The notes under the pieces: generated by a model
What the model was told of the DNA's origin: nothing
Databases searched by the model: none
The model's input: the letters and a program-made list of their open reading frames with translations, nothing else
Position numbers and translations under genes: made by a program
Shown: in pieces, positions 1 to 8,056 of the stretch
Layout: each line of letters opens with the position of its first letter
Position numbering within the stretch: position 1 is the first letter of the stretch
Sequence record: PQ330092.1
Length of the DNA stretch: 64,000 nucleotides
Strand: one strand, 5' to 3'

Positions 1-768
1 ACGGAATGTAGTCGTACTTGAACTAAGAAAGTTTGGAGTTTGACCACATACGAAATATGATGTACCATTATAGTAATTTAATGCATTACCACCAATGGCT
101 GCATCGATTACACCAGAACTACGCAATCCCCAAGTGTTAATTTGTGTTTGGTTCCCCGTACCATGCTGCCCACTACTATTCCATCCAGAACTATATAGCT
201 TATTATCTAATGTAAGATACATACTATCATTCGCATTGGTCATTACTTTACGAACGTTCGTAGCACATTGAGTTAATGTATAAATTGATGATGAACCAAT
301 ACCCAAAGAACCACGATATCCATTATCTCCTGCACCATAGAGTACTGAATTAGTGCTAAGTACAAATATTAAACCATTTGTACATACAATATTAGCAATT
401 TCACTTACTGGTATAGCATTGGTAAACCAATTAGTCCTTTCAACTAATACAGTACTGTAAGAAGTAGTCGTAGAAGATGAGAACCAGTACGTTTGACCTG
501 ATGTCCATATAGTATTATCATTTTTAATAATAACAAGTGTACGATCACCCACGAAAAAATTAGAAACATCGGCACTTACTAATATCCATGAAGATACCGT
601 GTTGGTATTACCATTTCCAGATTCACCACCTTGATTTCTACCTATGTAATATAAATCATGTGAATCAGTCAATAAGAATTGACCTTGTGTAGAAGCACCA
701 ACTTTAATTATATTTTTAGGACCAGGTACAATATTTCCGTACTTAACCATTCTTCCAAAAGGTAACAT
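1..768 (-). CDS. RCC1/BLIP-II-like beta-propeller repeat protein, runs off window edge
   Basis: Hand translation from ATG 768 (MLPFGRMVKYGNIVPGP...) is open to base 1. SD AGGAGG. Repeats such as LYGAGDNGYRGSLGIG and LYSSGWNSSGQHGTG. Paralogue of 842..1990. Confidence 0.8.
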   Translation of the reverse strand, partial: MLPFGRMVKYGNIVPGPKNIIKVGASTQGQFLLTDSHDLYYIGRNQGGESGNGNTNTVSSWILVSADVSNFFVGDRTLVIIKNDNTIWTSGQTYWFSSSTTTSYSTVLVERTNWFTNAIPVSEIANIVCTNGLIFVLSTNSVLYGAGDNGYRGSLGIGSSSIYTLTQCATNVRKVMTNANDSMYLTLDNKLYSSGWNSSGQHGTGNQTQINTWGLRSSGVIDAAIGGNALNYYNGTSYFVCGQTPNFLSSSTTTFR

Positions 769-841
769 AAATCCCTCCTTATTCATTATACTATATTTAA
801 TACAAATAAGAAAAGCCAGTATCAAGTACTGGCATATCAAA

Positions 842-1990
842 TCACTGCAAAAATGACATATCGACTTCGGTATAATTAAGAACGTTCTGTCCAGCAATAC
901 CTCCCATTACTACAATTGAAGCCCCACAATAATATAACTTCGAAGTATCAGTAAGTATAAGTGAACCAGATGGGGTGCGTACCAAATTACACGAAGTATT
1001 AAACGAAGTATATGAAGGGGTATAAGAGTACTGATTAATATTATTACCAACACCTAATTGACCAGACGAGTTGCTTCCAGATGCATAAAGTACTTCATCA
1101 CCTTTAACTATATGTGACGCCATGTTACCAACACAAGTATATAAACTATAAACTCCTGAACTCAATAATGTTGGAGTTTTGTATTGTATATCTGTAGATG
1201 AAGAAGTACCACCTGTGCCAAATTCGTTCCCGTATTGTGCACCGAACTGTTTACCACATGCGTACAAATTATTATCTGATTTAATAAAAAATGTACTCTG
1301 ATAACTTACATCAAAATCTATAACATCCGAAGCAATCATCGTCACCCCAGTAATAGAAGTTTGATTACCTGTACCTAACTGATAGTAATAGTTAAAACCA
1401 CAACCCCATAAAGTATTATCTTCTTTTAGGTATATGTTACCAACTGCCTTTTTAACCGAAGTTATAGTATCTACCCTTTTGAATGTGTTAAAAGAATTAA
1501 TGTTTGTACCATCACCAAATGATGATAGGTTAGAGTTATTGTTAGCTCCACAACAATACAATGTACCATCGTTTGTTATCAAATTTACCTTCATATCATT
1601 AAAACTACTCATGTATTTTATATCAGAAACATTAATACCACTGGATGTTATCCACGTAGTACATTCCGTCCACAAAGTTTTTCTATCAGTTACACCAGTG
1701 AATGCCTTCGTGTTACCAGTGATAAAAACTTTTCCAGTACCTTTCTCTTCATACAATTGACAATCACTACTGTTATTTTCCAATAGAACTCGTTTAACAT
1801 TCTCCGCACTAAGAATAAATTTACTCGACGCTACACCAGTTCCAGTACCCCAATTCGTCGCAGAAGATGCATACAACTTATCAGTATAAGTATCATGAAG
1901 ATACATGGAATCACTGGAATATATTTTAAAACGTCCATCATCACCAGGGGCAATATTCCCGTAATTCATCATTCTAACAAAAGGTAACAT
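842..1990 (-). CDS. RCC1/BLIP-II-like beta-propeller repeat protein (382 aa)
   Basis: Start MLPFVRMMNYGNIAP after SD AGGAGG. Repeats LWGCGFNYYYQLGTG, LYACGKQ..EFGTG and LYASGSNSSGQLGVG. Confidence 0.85.
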   Translation of the reverse strand: MLPFVRMMNYGNIAPGDDGRFKIYSSDSMYLHDTYTDKLYASSATNWGTGTGVASSKFILSAENVKRVLLENNSSDCQLYEEKGTGKVFITGNTKAFTGVTDRKTLWTECTTWITSSGINVSDIKYMSSFNDMKVNLITNDGTLYCCGANNNSNLSSFGDGTNINSFNTFKRVDTITSVKKAVGNIYLKEDNTLWGCGFNYYYQLGTGNQTSITGVTMIASDVIDFDVSYQSTFFIKSDNNLYACGKQFGAQYGNEFGTGGTSSSTDIQYKTPTLLSSGVYSLYTCVGNMASHIVKGDEVLYASGSNSSGQLGVGNNINQYSYTPSYTSFNTSCNLVRTPSGSLILTDTSKLYYCGASIVVMGGIAGQNVLNYTEVDMSFLQ

Positions 1991-2038
1991 AAATCCCTCC
2001 TTATTCATTATATCATATTTACCCCATAAAGAAAACCC

Positions 2039-2067
2039 TTGACATCCTTTCAGTACTGGTGTACTAT
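2039..2067 (+). promoter_or_regulatory. sigma70-type promoter for the left small-gene array
   Basis: TTGACA-17-TACTAT upstream of SD AAGGAG and ATG 2093. Confidence 0.7.
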
Positions 2068-2092
2068 AGAAGGAATATAAGGAGAACTACAC

Positions 2093-2320
2093 ATGACAAA
2101 TACTCTTAAGTACTACCTCAATACTCTAAATGAACTAGAGTACGGGGAATTTCTCGCGGATAGTTCGTGGCTAATTGAGCTAAAAAATTATAATAGTCCA
2201 GGATGCACCCTTATGATGAACAATGCAATTGATACCCTCATTGTGAGTATTTTACACAGCAACATCTGCGGGGATAGCAATAAACAATTATCAAAAATCT
2301 TAGTACTGCTATCTATATGA
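2093..2320 (+). CDS. hypothetical, left array (divergent member)
   Basis: ORF with SD; Y-rich start; LLSI* end. Confidence 0.75.
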   Translation: MTNTLKYYLNTLNELEYGEFLADSSWLIELKNYNSPGCTLMMNNAIDTLIVSILHSNICGDSNKQLSKILVLLSI

Positions 2321-2520
2321 ATATCGAACAGTACTACATCGATGCACTACCAACAAAAGGTCTACGTGAAAGCCTACTGCATACACAAACTAATTTCAAA
2401 CACCTCAAACGTAGCCCTAAACTCCTGAACTCGTACAGGAATAATAACATAAGAAATGCTTTACAAGGGGTAGAATGTATGCAATACTATTACATCCTTA
2501 CCCTATTAATCGAGTACTAA
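2317..2520 (+). CDS. hypothetical, left ~60-aa paralogue array
   Basis: ATGA overlap; EQYY start; LLIEY* end. Confidence 0.75.
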   Translation: MNIEQYYIDALPTKGLRESLLHTQTNFKHLKRSPKLLNSYRNNNIRNALQGVECMQYYYILTLLIEY

Positions 2521-2521
2521 T

Positions 2522-2731
2522 ATGAATACTGAACATAAAGAATTCTACACCAAATACCTTAGCAACGAAGAACAATTGTTTCTAAGGAGTGTATCACCTG
2601 TAAGTACCAATACTCAATTCGGTAGAGATTGCTTTAATAATTGTATACGTAGTACTCTAGAAGCAATCGAATGCAATAACAAAAATATTATGTACTCAGG
2701 TTTAATAGGACTAATATATTTCTATGAATAA
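2522..2731 (+). CDS. hypothetical, left array; close paralogue of 6103
   Basis: MNTEHKEFY...FGRDCFNNCI. Confidence 0.8.
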   Translation: MNTEHKEFYTKYLSNEEQLFLRSVSPVSTNTQFGRDCFNNCIRSTLEAIECNNKNIMYSGLIGLIYFYE

Positions 2732-2918
2732 TCATAAAGATTTCTATTGTAGTAAACTACCCAAACAAGAACAGCTATCATTCTCTTTAGCACCACCTAT
2801 GAGAAAGGATAATCTGTATTATAATTACGATTTCAGGATGGTGACACGTTATGCAATAGAACATCAGTTCCCTGAAACTAAGTACCGCTCTATCCTGAAC
2901 CTCATCTTTAAGTTCTAA
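2724..2918 (+). CDS. hypothetical, left array
   Basis: MNNHKDFY...LIFKF*. Confidence 0.75.
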   Translation: MNNHKDFYCSKLPKQEQLSFSLAPPMRKDNLYYNYDFRMVTRYAIEHQFPETKYRSILNLIFKF

Positions 2919-2970
2919 AAGGTACACCAGGGACCGAGTACTTTAATATAGTAAGGCTAATTACATTATA

Positions 2971-3156
2971 ATGAATCATATAAGCTACTACTACCAACAA
3001 CTATCCGACAGAGACAAGTACAGTCACAACTCCCATGTGTGGTACTACAAACGCGGCAGTATAAGAGACAAACAACATTACTTCTGTATTTCTATTAAAG
3101 AAGCACTGACAACTAAGTACACGTACCGAGCAGTACTTAAACTTATTGAAATGTAA
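2971..3156 (+). CDS. hypothetical, left array (YRxVLKLI subfamily)
   Basis: C-terminus KYTYRAVLKLIEM*. Confidence 0.75.
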   Translation: MNHISYYYQQLSDRDKYSHNSHVWYYKRGSIRDKQHYFCISIKEALTTKYTYRAVLKLIEM

Positions 3157-3166
3157 AGAGAATACT

Positions 3167-3349
3167 ATGAACATTGAATTGTACTTAAGTAAATTACAGC
3201 CTGGCGATAGATTCATCTACAATAAGTTCGAATTCAACTACAAGAACGGGAGCAACAAATATCGTCGAGGATACCTATATACAAGCACAAGAGATGCACA
3301 AAACGAAAAGTACACATACAGAGAAGTACTTAAACTAATCTCTATTTGA
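3167..3349 (+). CDS. hypothetical, left array (YRxVLKLI subfamily)
   Basis: MNIELY...AQNEKYTYREVLKLISI*. Confidence 0.75.
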   Translation: MNIELYLSKLQPGDRFIYNKFEFNYKNGSNKYRRGYLYTSTRDAQNEKYTYREVLKLISI

Positions 3350-3357
3350 GGTAATAT

Positions 3358-3543
3358 ATGAATACATTTGAGTACTATACCAATAAACTATCTATGCCTG
3401 AAAGATCTCATCTCTATGTGTGGAGAAATGCGTATAAAAGCGGCAATAAACTTATACAAAGAAATTCCCTTACAGTGTGTACAAATTTAATTAAAGCAGA
3501 GTACCGCACATATATTGAAGTACTCAAACTGATAGCAATATAA
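3358..3543 (+). CDS. hypothetical, left array (YRxVLKLI subfamily)
   Basis: MNTFEYY...YIEVLKLIAI*. Confidence 0.75.
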   Translation: MNTFEYYTNKLSMPERSHLYVWRNAYKSGNKLIQRNSLTVCTNLIKAEYRTYIEVLKLIAI

Positions 3544-3551
3544 GGTACTCT

Positions 3552-3731
3552 ATGCAAGAATTCTATATCTATAACCTCCAGCACAAAGATAGATACAACT
3601 ATAATAAATTCCAAAGGTACTACACAGTCGGGAACAAAAGAGATAAAAAACGTTATCTACTCTCGTGTACAGTAGAAGCACAAAACGAAAAGTACACGTA
3701 CAGAGAAGTACTTAAACTAATCTCAATCTAA
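3552..3731 (+). CDS. hypothetical 59 aa, left array (below ORF-track cutoff)
   Basis: Hand translation MQEFYIYNLQHKDRY...AQNEKYTYREVLKLISI*. Confidence 0.75.
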   Translation: MQEFYIYNLQHKDRYNYNKFQRYYTVGNKRDKKRYLLSCTVEAQNEKYTYREVLKLISI

Positions 3732-3738
3732 GGTAGAC

Positions 3739-3927
3739 ATGAACACTTTTGAGTACTACTTCAATAAACTAAACCACATAGAACAAAGTATGCACCACAC
3801 ATTTATTCAGAACCATCAATCATCTTCACCTCTAATTAAAAACATATCGATTGAGATTATCACTACCCGTGTACAGTCATCTGAACGTTATATGTATATT
3901 GATGTACTGAAACTCATCTCTATGTAA
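3739..3927 (+). CDS. hypothetical, left array (YRxVLKLI subfamily)
   Basis: MNTFEYY...YIDVLKLISM*. Confidence 0.75.
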   Translation: MNTFEYYFNKLNHIEQSMHHTFIQNHQSSSPLIKNISIEIITTRVQSSERYMYIDVLKLISM

Positions 3928-3935
3928 GGAATACT

Positions 3936-4115
3936 ATGCAACAATTCTATAGAGAACACATAAGCATTAAAGACCGTTTCATGTACGACACCTTCGTGAA
4001 GTACTACAAACTAGGAACAAAAAGTACTAAAAATATTAATCTCAATAGCTGCATTTATGCTGTACTAACACAAGATAATCCCTACAGGGAAATCATTGCC
4101 CTGGCATCTATATAA
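3936..4115 (+). CDS. hypothetical 59 aa, left array (below ORF-track cutoff)
   Basis: Hand translation MQQFYREHISIKDRF...PYREIIALASI*; SD AAGGA. Confidence 0.7.
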   Translation: MQQFYREHISIKDRFMYDTFVKYYKLGTKSTKNINLNSCIYAVLTQDNPYREIIALASI

Positions 4116-4125
4116 AGGAAACCAA

Positions 4126-4785
4126 ATGAAACTTAATCCACACAGCAAACAATACCTTAAGCACTTTAAATACCTCAACAGTATTCAAGCAGAATCTTTT
4201 ACACCAGCATATACGTATCACCCAAATGTACTAAAGAAACGAAATAAAAAGAAAAAATCCAGAAATGTTCTCGTATCTAAGAACCTCAAATCGTACTTGA
4301 AGAAAAATAATATAGCTCTTGCTTTTATTAATATCTATAATACTGATTTAAAAGTATTGAGTACTAATACCAGCACAAAAGCACTAAAGAATGCATCTAT
4401 CTATATACACATGGATAATATCCCGTGCACTATAATTCTATCTTTCGGGAATGTATACTTCTTCGGGAATTGTAATAGCACCCATGATATCAGTACTGCA
4501 CAATTCCAAATCGGCGATATGTACTGCATGGGTTCAGAAAAAATACACGATAACATGCACTTCTTCCAAAAGCAACGTACTAACGAAACTGATACAGTAC
4601 TGCAATTCCTAAAAGAACTACAAAACAAAGAATTAACACCAGAAGAAGAATTCATGTACAGTACTGTAATCGATAATCCAGAACTCTATAAAAACGCGTA
4701 CAATCTAACAAAACATGTACAGGAACTTATCAGTACTGATAAGAAATTTCATCACCTCATTACGTATATTTCAAACTATGTATAA
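4126..4785 (+). CDS. hypothetical 219 aa with basic stretch and EEEFMYSTVID motif
   Basis: SD AAGGA before MKLNPHSK; KKRNKKKKSR; C-terminal variant of the EExFQxSLV motif. Confidence 0.8.
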   Translation: MKLNPHSKQYLKHFKYLNSIQAESFTPAYTYHPNVLKKRNKKKKSRNVLVSKNLKSYLKKNNIALAFINIYNTDLKVLSTNTSTKALKNASIYIHMDNIPCTIILSFGNVYFFGNCNSTHDISTAQFQIGDMYCMGSEKIHDNMHFFQKQRTNETDTVLQFLKELQNKELTPEEEFMYSTVIDNPELYKNAYNLTKHVQELISTDKKFHHLITYISNYV

Positions 4786-4960
4786 AGAATACTACAAAGA
4801 TAAAATCCCAATGCATCTACAACACCATATACCAAACGTTGCATTGGGTATCAAAGATCACGCAAAGATAATGTTCCAACAATGTACTAAGTACACGCTC
4901 ATATACGATGATAATCCATATATGCTGTACTACGTAGTAATGCTAACATTCAGGTACTAA
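4778..4960 (+). CDS. hypothetical, left array (HKEYY...RY subfamily)
   Basis: MYKEYY...LTFRY*. Confidence 0.75.
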   Translation: MYKEYYKDKIPMHLQHHIPNVALGIKDHAKIMFQQCTKYTLIYDDNPYMLYYVVMLTFRY

Positions 4961-4961
4961 T

Positions 4962-5141
4962 ATGAATACTTATAAAGAATTCTACCTCTCGTACCTTAAT
5001 TCCGATATAGTAACATCCAATACATTCAGTACTAAAATTATCTATAATGAATTAATGAAAGAATGTATTAAAGGTGCTATTAACCCTAAAGATACGTATG
5101 ACTTGTACTATGCAGTACTAACCCTTGTTTTCACGAAATAA
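4962..5141 (+). CDS. hypothetical 59 aa, left array (below ORF-track cutoff)
   Basis: Hand translation MNTYKEFYLSY...YYAVLTLVFTK*. Confidence 0.7.
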   Translation: MNTYKEFYLSYLNSDIVTSNTFSTKIIYNELMKECIKGAINPKDTYDLYYAVLTLVFTK

Positions 5142-5149
5142 CACATAAT

Positions 5150-5341
5150 ATGAATAACCACAAAGAATACTACATAGAGAAACTCCCAATGTATCTCCAA
5201 CACCTTGTACCAACAGTACCATTGGGTATAGAAAAAAACTACGAAAAAGACTACTTCATTCAGTGCACTAAATCCTCGATATATATTGAAGACTATAATC
5301 GAGTACTGTATCACATCCTTTTACTAATATATAGGTACTAA
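5150..5341 (+). CDS. hypothetical, left array
   Basis: MNNHKEYY...LIYRY*. Confidence 0.8.
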   Translation: MNNHKEYYIEKLPMYLQHLVPTVPLGIEKNYEKDYFIQCTKSSIYIEDYNRVLYHILLLIYRY

Positions 5342-5342
5342 T

Positions 5343-5525
5343 ATGCACAAAGAATACTACACACAATTTCTCCCCAGCATTTTTGAACACTACGCCAGAT
5401 ACAAAGTCCCTATGGATAACGATTTGGCAGTACTGGGATTCAATAACTGCATAGAACGAAGTATAGAAAATAGTAGTAGTTATGACCAGCTATATAACAC
5501 TATCCTACTTATATTCAGGTACTAA
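5343..5525 (+). CDS. hypothetical, left array
   Basis: MHKEYY...LIFRY*. Confidence 0.8.
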   Translation: MHKEYYTQFLPSIFEHYARYKVPMDNDLAVLGFNNCIERSIENSSSYDQLYNTILLIFRY

Positions 5526-5526
5526 T

Positions 5527-5715
5527 ATGCATAAAGAATACTACACAAAATATTTCCCAATGTACCTCAGTACTAATCTATTAGATAAACCTCGCGGTAT
5601 CAATGCACAAAACGATAAAGTGTACTTTACTATGTGCACTAAAGCATGTATACTAGATCATGACAGCTACCATCGAGTACTGTATCATACCCTGTACCTA
5701 GCTTTCGTATTCTAA
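5527..5715 (+). CDS. hypothetical, left array
   Basis: MHKEYYTKYFP start after AGGTACTAAT. Confidence 0.8.
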   Translation: MHKEYYTKYFPMYLSTNLLDKPRGINAQNDKVYFTMCTKACILDHDSYHRVLYHTLYLAFVF

Positions 5716-5724
5716 GAGAACAAT

Positions 5725-5910
5725 ATGCATAAAGAATTCTACTTAAGCCATCTCGATCTAAACTCCCAAATGCTTATACCACTAATCCCAATAGATATCA
5801 AGGATAAGAAAAATACCGAACAATTCATTTACCATACACAGTGTGCGATCACCCCAAATTACATTCCATATGAATTGTACTACATTATCGCCCTAATATA
5901 TAGGTACTAA
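5725..5910 (+). CDS. hypothetical, left array
   Basis: MHKEFY...LIYRY*. Confidence 0.8.
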   Translation: MHKEFYLSHLDLNSQMLIPLIPIDIKDKKNTEQFIYHTQCAITPNYIPYELYYIIALIYRY

Positions 5911-5911
5911 T

Positions 5912-6097
5912 ATGCATAGAGAATACTACACACAATTTGTTAAAGGGAACTACAAATGTGCCGTACCCAGAACCCCTTTAAATTCTCATGACCCAAGTAC
6001 TATATTCTTGTTTAATGACGCAATACGTACAGTACTCAATACTAAAGATGAAGATGTGCAGTACGTATTCTTACTATTACTTATATACAGACACTAA
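5912..6097 (+). CDS. hypothetical, left array
   Basis: MHREYY...LIYRH*. Confidence 0.8.
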   Translation: MHREYYTQFVKGNYKCAVPRTPLNSHDPSTIFLFNDAIRTVLNTKDEDVQYVFLLLLIYRH

Positions 6098-6102
6098 CTA
6101 AT

Positions 6103-6312
6103 ATGAATAAAGAACATAAAGAATTCTACTCCAAATACATAAGCCCCTCAGAACAAATGTTTCTAAGGACTACTCCACCTTTAAGTACTAATACATTTTT
6201 CGGCAGAGTATGCTACAATAATTGTATTCAAATGACTTTAAACGCAAATGAAGATGGTAACAGTACTAACCTGTACTCAGGTATCATAGGTATACTATTC
6301 CTGTATGAATAA
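6103..6312 (+). CDS. hypothetical, left array; close paralogue of 2522
   Basis: MNKEHKEFY...FGRVCYNNCI. Confidence 0.8.
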   Translation: MNKEHKEFYSKYISPSEQMFLRTTPPLSTNTFFGRVCYNNCIQMTLNANEDGNSTNLYSGIIGILFLYE

Positions 6313-6493
6313 TTACAAAGACTTCTATTTGAATACACTACCTACTGTACTTTCTCTAAGTGCTCAATGTAAAATCCCGCTGGATAATGCTTACGCCAGA
6401 TATAGCTATTCCATAACTGTTAATCGATGTATAGAGAATCATTGCAGTACTAACCAGTACTATAACATAATCCTACTTATATTCAGGTACTAA
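6305..6493 (+). CDS. hypothetical, left array
   Basis: MNNYKDFY...LIFRY*. Confidence 0.8.
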   Translation: MNNYKDFYLNTLPTVLSLSAQCKIPLDNAYARYSYSITVNRCIENHCSTNQYYNIILLIFRY

Positions 6494-6494
6494 T

Positions 6495-6677
6495 ATGAAT
6501 ACTGAACATAAAGAATTCTATATACGAAAACTAACATTCGTCCCCGTAAGAATATATAAAGAATGCGACCCAAGATTATACCTATGGCACTTCAATGAGT
6601 GCATAAAAGATTCTATATACCATAAGAACTATAAAGAACAATTGTGCTCAGTACTAACACTAGTACTATCATATTAA
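6495..6677 (+). CDS. hypothetical, left array
   Basis: MNTEHKEFY...FNECI. Confidence 0.8.
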   Translation: MNTEHKEFYIRKLTFVPVRIYKECDPRLYLWHFNECIKDSIYHKNYKEQLCSVLTLVLSY

Positions 6678-6692
6678 TTAATAGAGAATACT

Positions 6693-6884
6693 ATGTATAA
6701 AAACTTCTATATAAGTAAACTAAAAGAAAATGAACAAGTATGGATTAGATCTATAATTCCACTGGCATTTAATAGATATGCATTTAACAGATGTACCGAG
6801 ATTGCTATAGACCCTTATAATATCAAAGAGAATGTACAGTATAATCAGTACTACTATATCTTAATGCTTATATATAGGAAGTAA
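6693..6884 (+). CDS. hypothetical, left array
   Basis: MYKNFY...FNRC...LIYRK*. Confidence 0.75.
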   Translation: MYKNFYISKLKENEQVWIRSIIPLAFNRYAFNRCTEIAIDPYNIKENVQYNQYYYILMLIYRK

Positions 6885-6901
6885 TTAAACACAAGTAGAC
6901 A

Positions 6902-6986
6902 GGGGAAGCTCCTAGTGAACAACCTTTATGTACAGGCGAATTGTTAAAATTCAGCCTGGACAAATGCGATCACTAGGATTCTCCCC
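6902..6986. ncRNA. candidate rod-shaped structured RNA/ssDNA hairpin
   Basis: GGGGAAGCTCCTAGTGA (6902-6918) pairs with TCACTAGGATTCTCCCC (6970-6986); inner stem TGTACAGGC-GAATT / AATTC-A-GCCTGGACA; no ORF. Confidence 0.45.
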
Positions 6987-7284
6987 AGGCTAAACCCAGT
7001 AATCATAGGTAGTCATAAGTAATCATATATAAACATTTATATGAGCACCGTAGAATCACAGAATGATTATATATGATTCAGTACTGATTAGTATAGACAA
7101 GAATGCTCAAGAATGCACGGGAAGGATTCAGTACTGATATGCCACTAAGTAGGCAGAGGAAGTCTGCCGTACTTTGTAGTTTCCAAGCTCCTTTTCCATT
7201 TTGCAAATTACATCAAATGTAATCAAAAGTAATCACGCAATGATTAGTACTGAATTATTACTTTCACCTTAATTACAATTACCC

Positions 7285-7304
7285 TTTTACCCTTCGGGGT
7301 AAAA
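7285..7304. terminator. perfect hairpin TTTTACCC-TTCG-GGGTAAAA (UUCG tetraloop)
   Basis: 8-bp stem seen directly; possible terminator or end signal. Confidence 0.5.
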
Positions 7305-7512
7305 TTCAATTACCCCTTGAGGCTCCAGCAAAAAGTTGGTTAGTACTCCATCCTAAATCTCGATCCTAAAAATTTTGGAGTACCTATGAAATAAAAGTTG
7401 GATCTTCGAAAGTTGAAATTTACGTTGGGACGTTTATGATTTGTGGGATATAATGATGTTTGTAGACGGGTAGTTCTCAAGAATATCAGTACTGAATGGT
7501 GAAAGAAAGTTA

Positions 7513-7540
7513 TTGACATTATGATTCAGTACTGTATAAT
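7513..7540 (+). promoter_or_regulatory. first clear sigma70 promoter in the DTR
   Basis: TTGACA-16-TATAAT (consensus boxes). Confidence 0.85.
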
Positions 7541-7547
7541 GTTCTAC

Positions 7548-7644
7548 ATAGAGAGATGAGTTGCTGCGAACAATTCATTTACTCTACCTCCTGTCGTGAG
7601 ACAGTACAGAAAAGATAGTTCCTCCTGTGGTGGTACATCTTTTT
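7548..7644 (+). ncRNA. candidate sRNA, three hairpins, two CCUCCUGU anti-SD-like motifs
   Basis: Downstream of a consensus promoter with no ORF. ~15-bp 5' stem, CTGTC-GTGA-GACAG GNRA hairpin, AAAAGAT/ATCTTTT stem with T-run. Confidence 0.6.
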
Positions 7645-7724
7645 GAACCTCATATGAAAATTGTAATAACAGTACTGATATTAACAGAATGGTGTCAGTA
7701 CTGATTTTAATCTAAAGCATTATG

Positions 7725-7744
7725 CCACCAGCACAAGCTGGTGG
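7725..7744. other. inverted pair of Chi sites CCACCAGC-acaa-GCTGGTGG
   Basis: Exact E. coli Chi octamer on both strands. Confidence 0.8.
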
Positions 7745-7942
7745 ATTCCCTCTAACAGTATTCAGTACTACATGATAGTCTTCATCCTCCTAGGGTAACA
7801 TAGTGAGGGCTATGATGGCAGTACTGAATACTCCCTTTCAAAAGATAGATCTATGGTATAGTACTGACGGATTTTGGGTGTAGTTACCCTGGATGGATTT
7901 TGGACGTAGATATGTCTAGCCCTCCAGAAGTCTGGAAGTAAA

Positions 7943-8056
7943 GATGGCTATCCATCTAGACGGCTAAACGGCTAGATTTCTGGATGGCTGGATGGCTAGA
8001 CGTTTGGACGGCTAAACGGCTAGATGGTTACACGTCTGGAAGTATAGACGGCTAAA
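7943..8056 (+). repeat. cluster of ~9 short repeats (G/A)A(C/T)GG(C/T)T(A/G)
   Basis: GACGGCTAAACGGCTAGA twice plus GATGGCT variants; non-coding. Confidence 0.75.

Noticed and set aside
7527-7545. LexA SOS boxes (TACTGTATAA) or SlmA sites (GTGAGTACTCAC) behind the AGTACT enrichment
   Set aside because: Only a LexA half-site is present (no ACAG at the required spacing), and the flanks do not match the SlmA consensus
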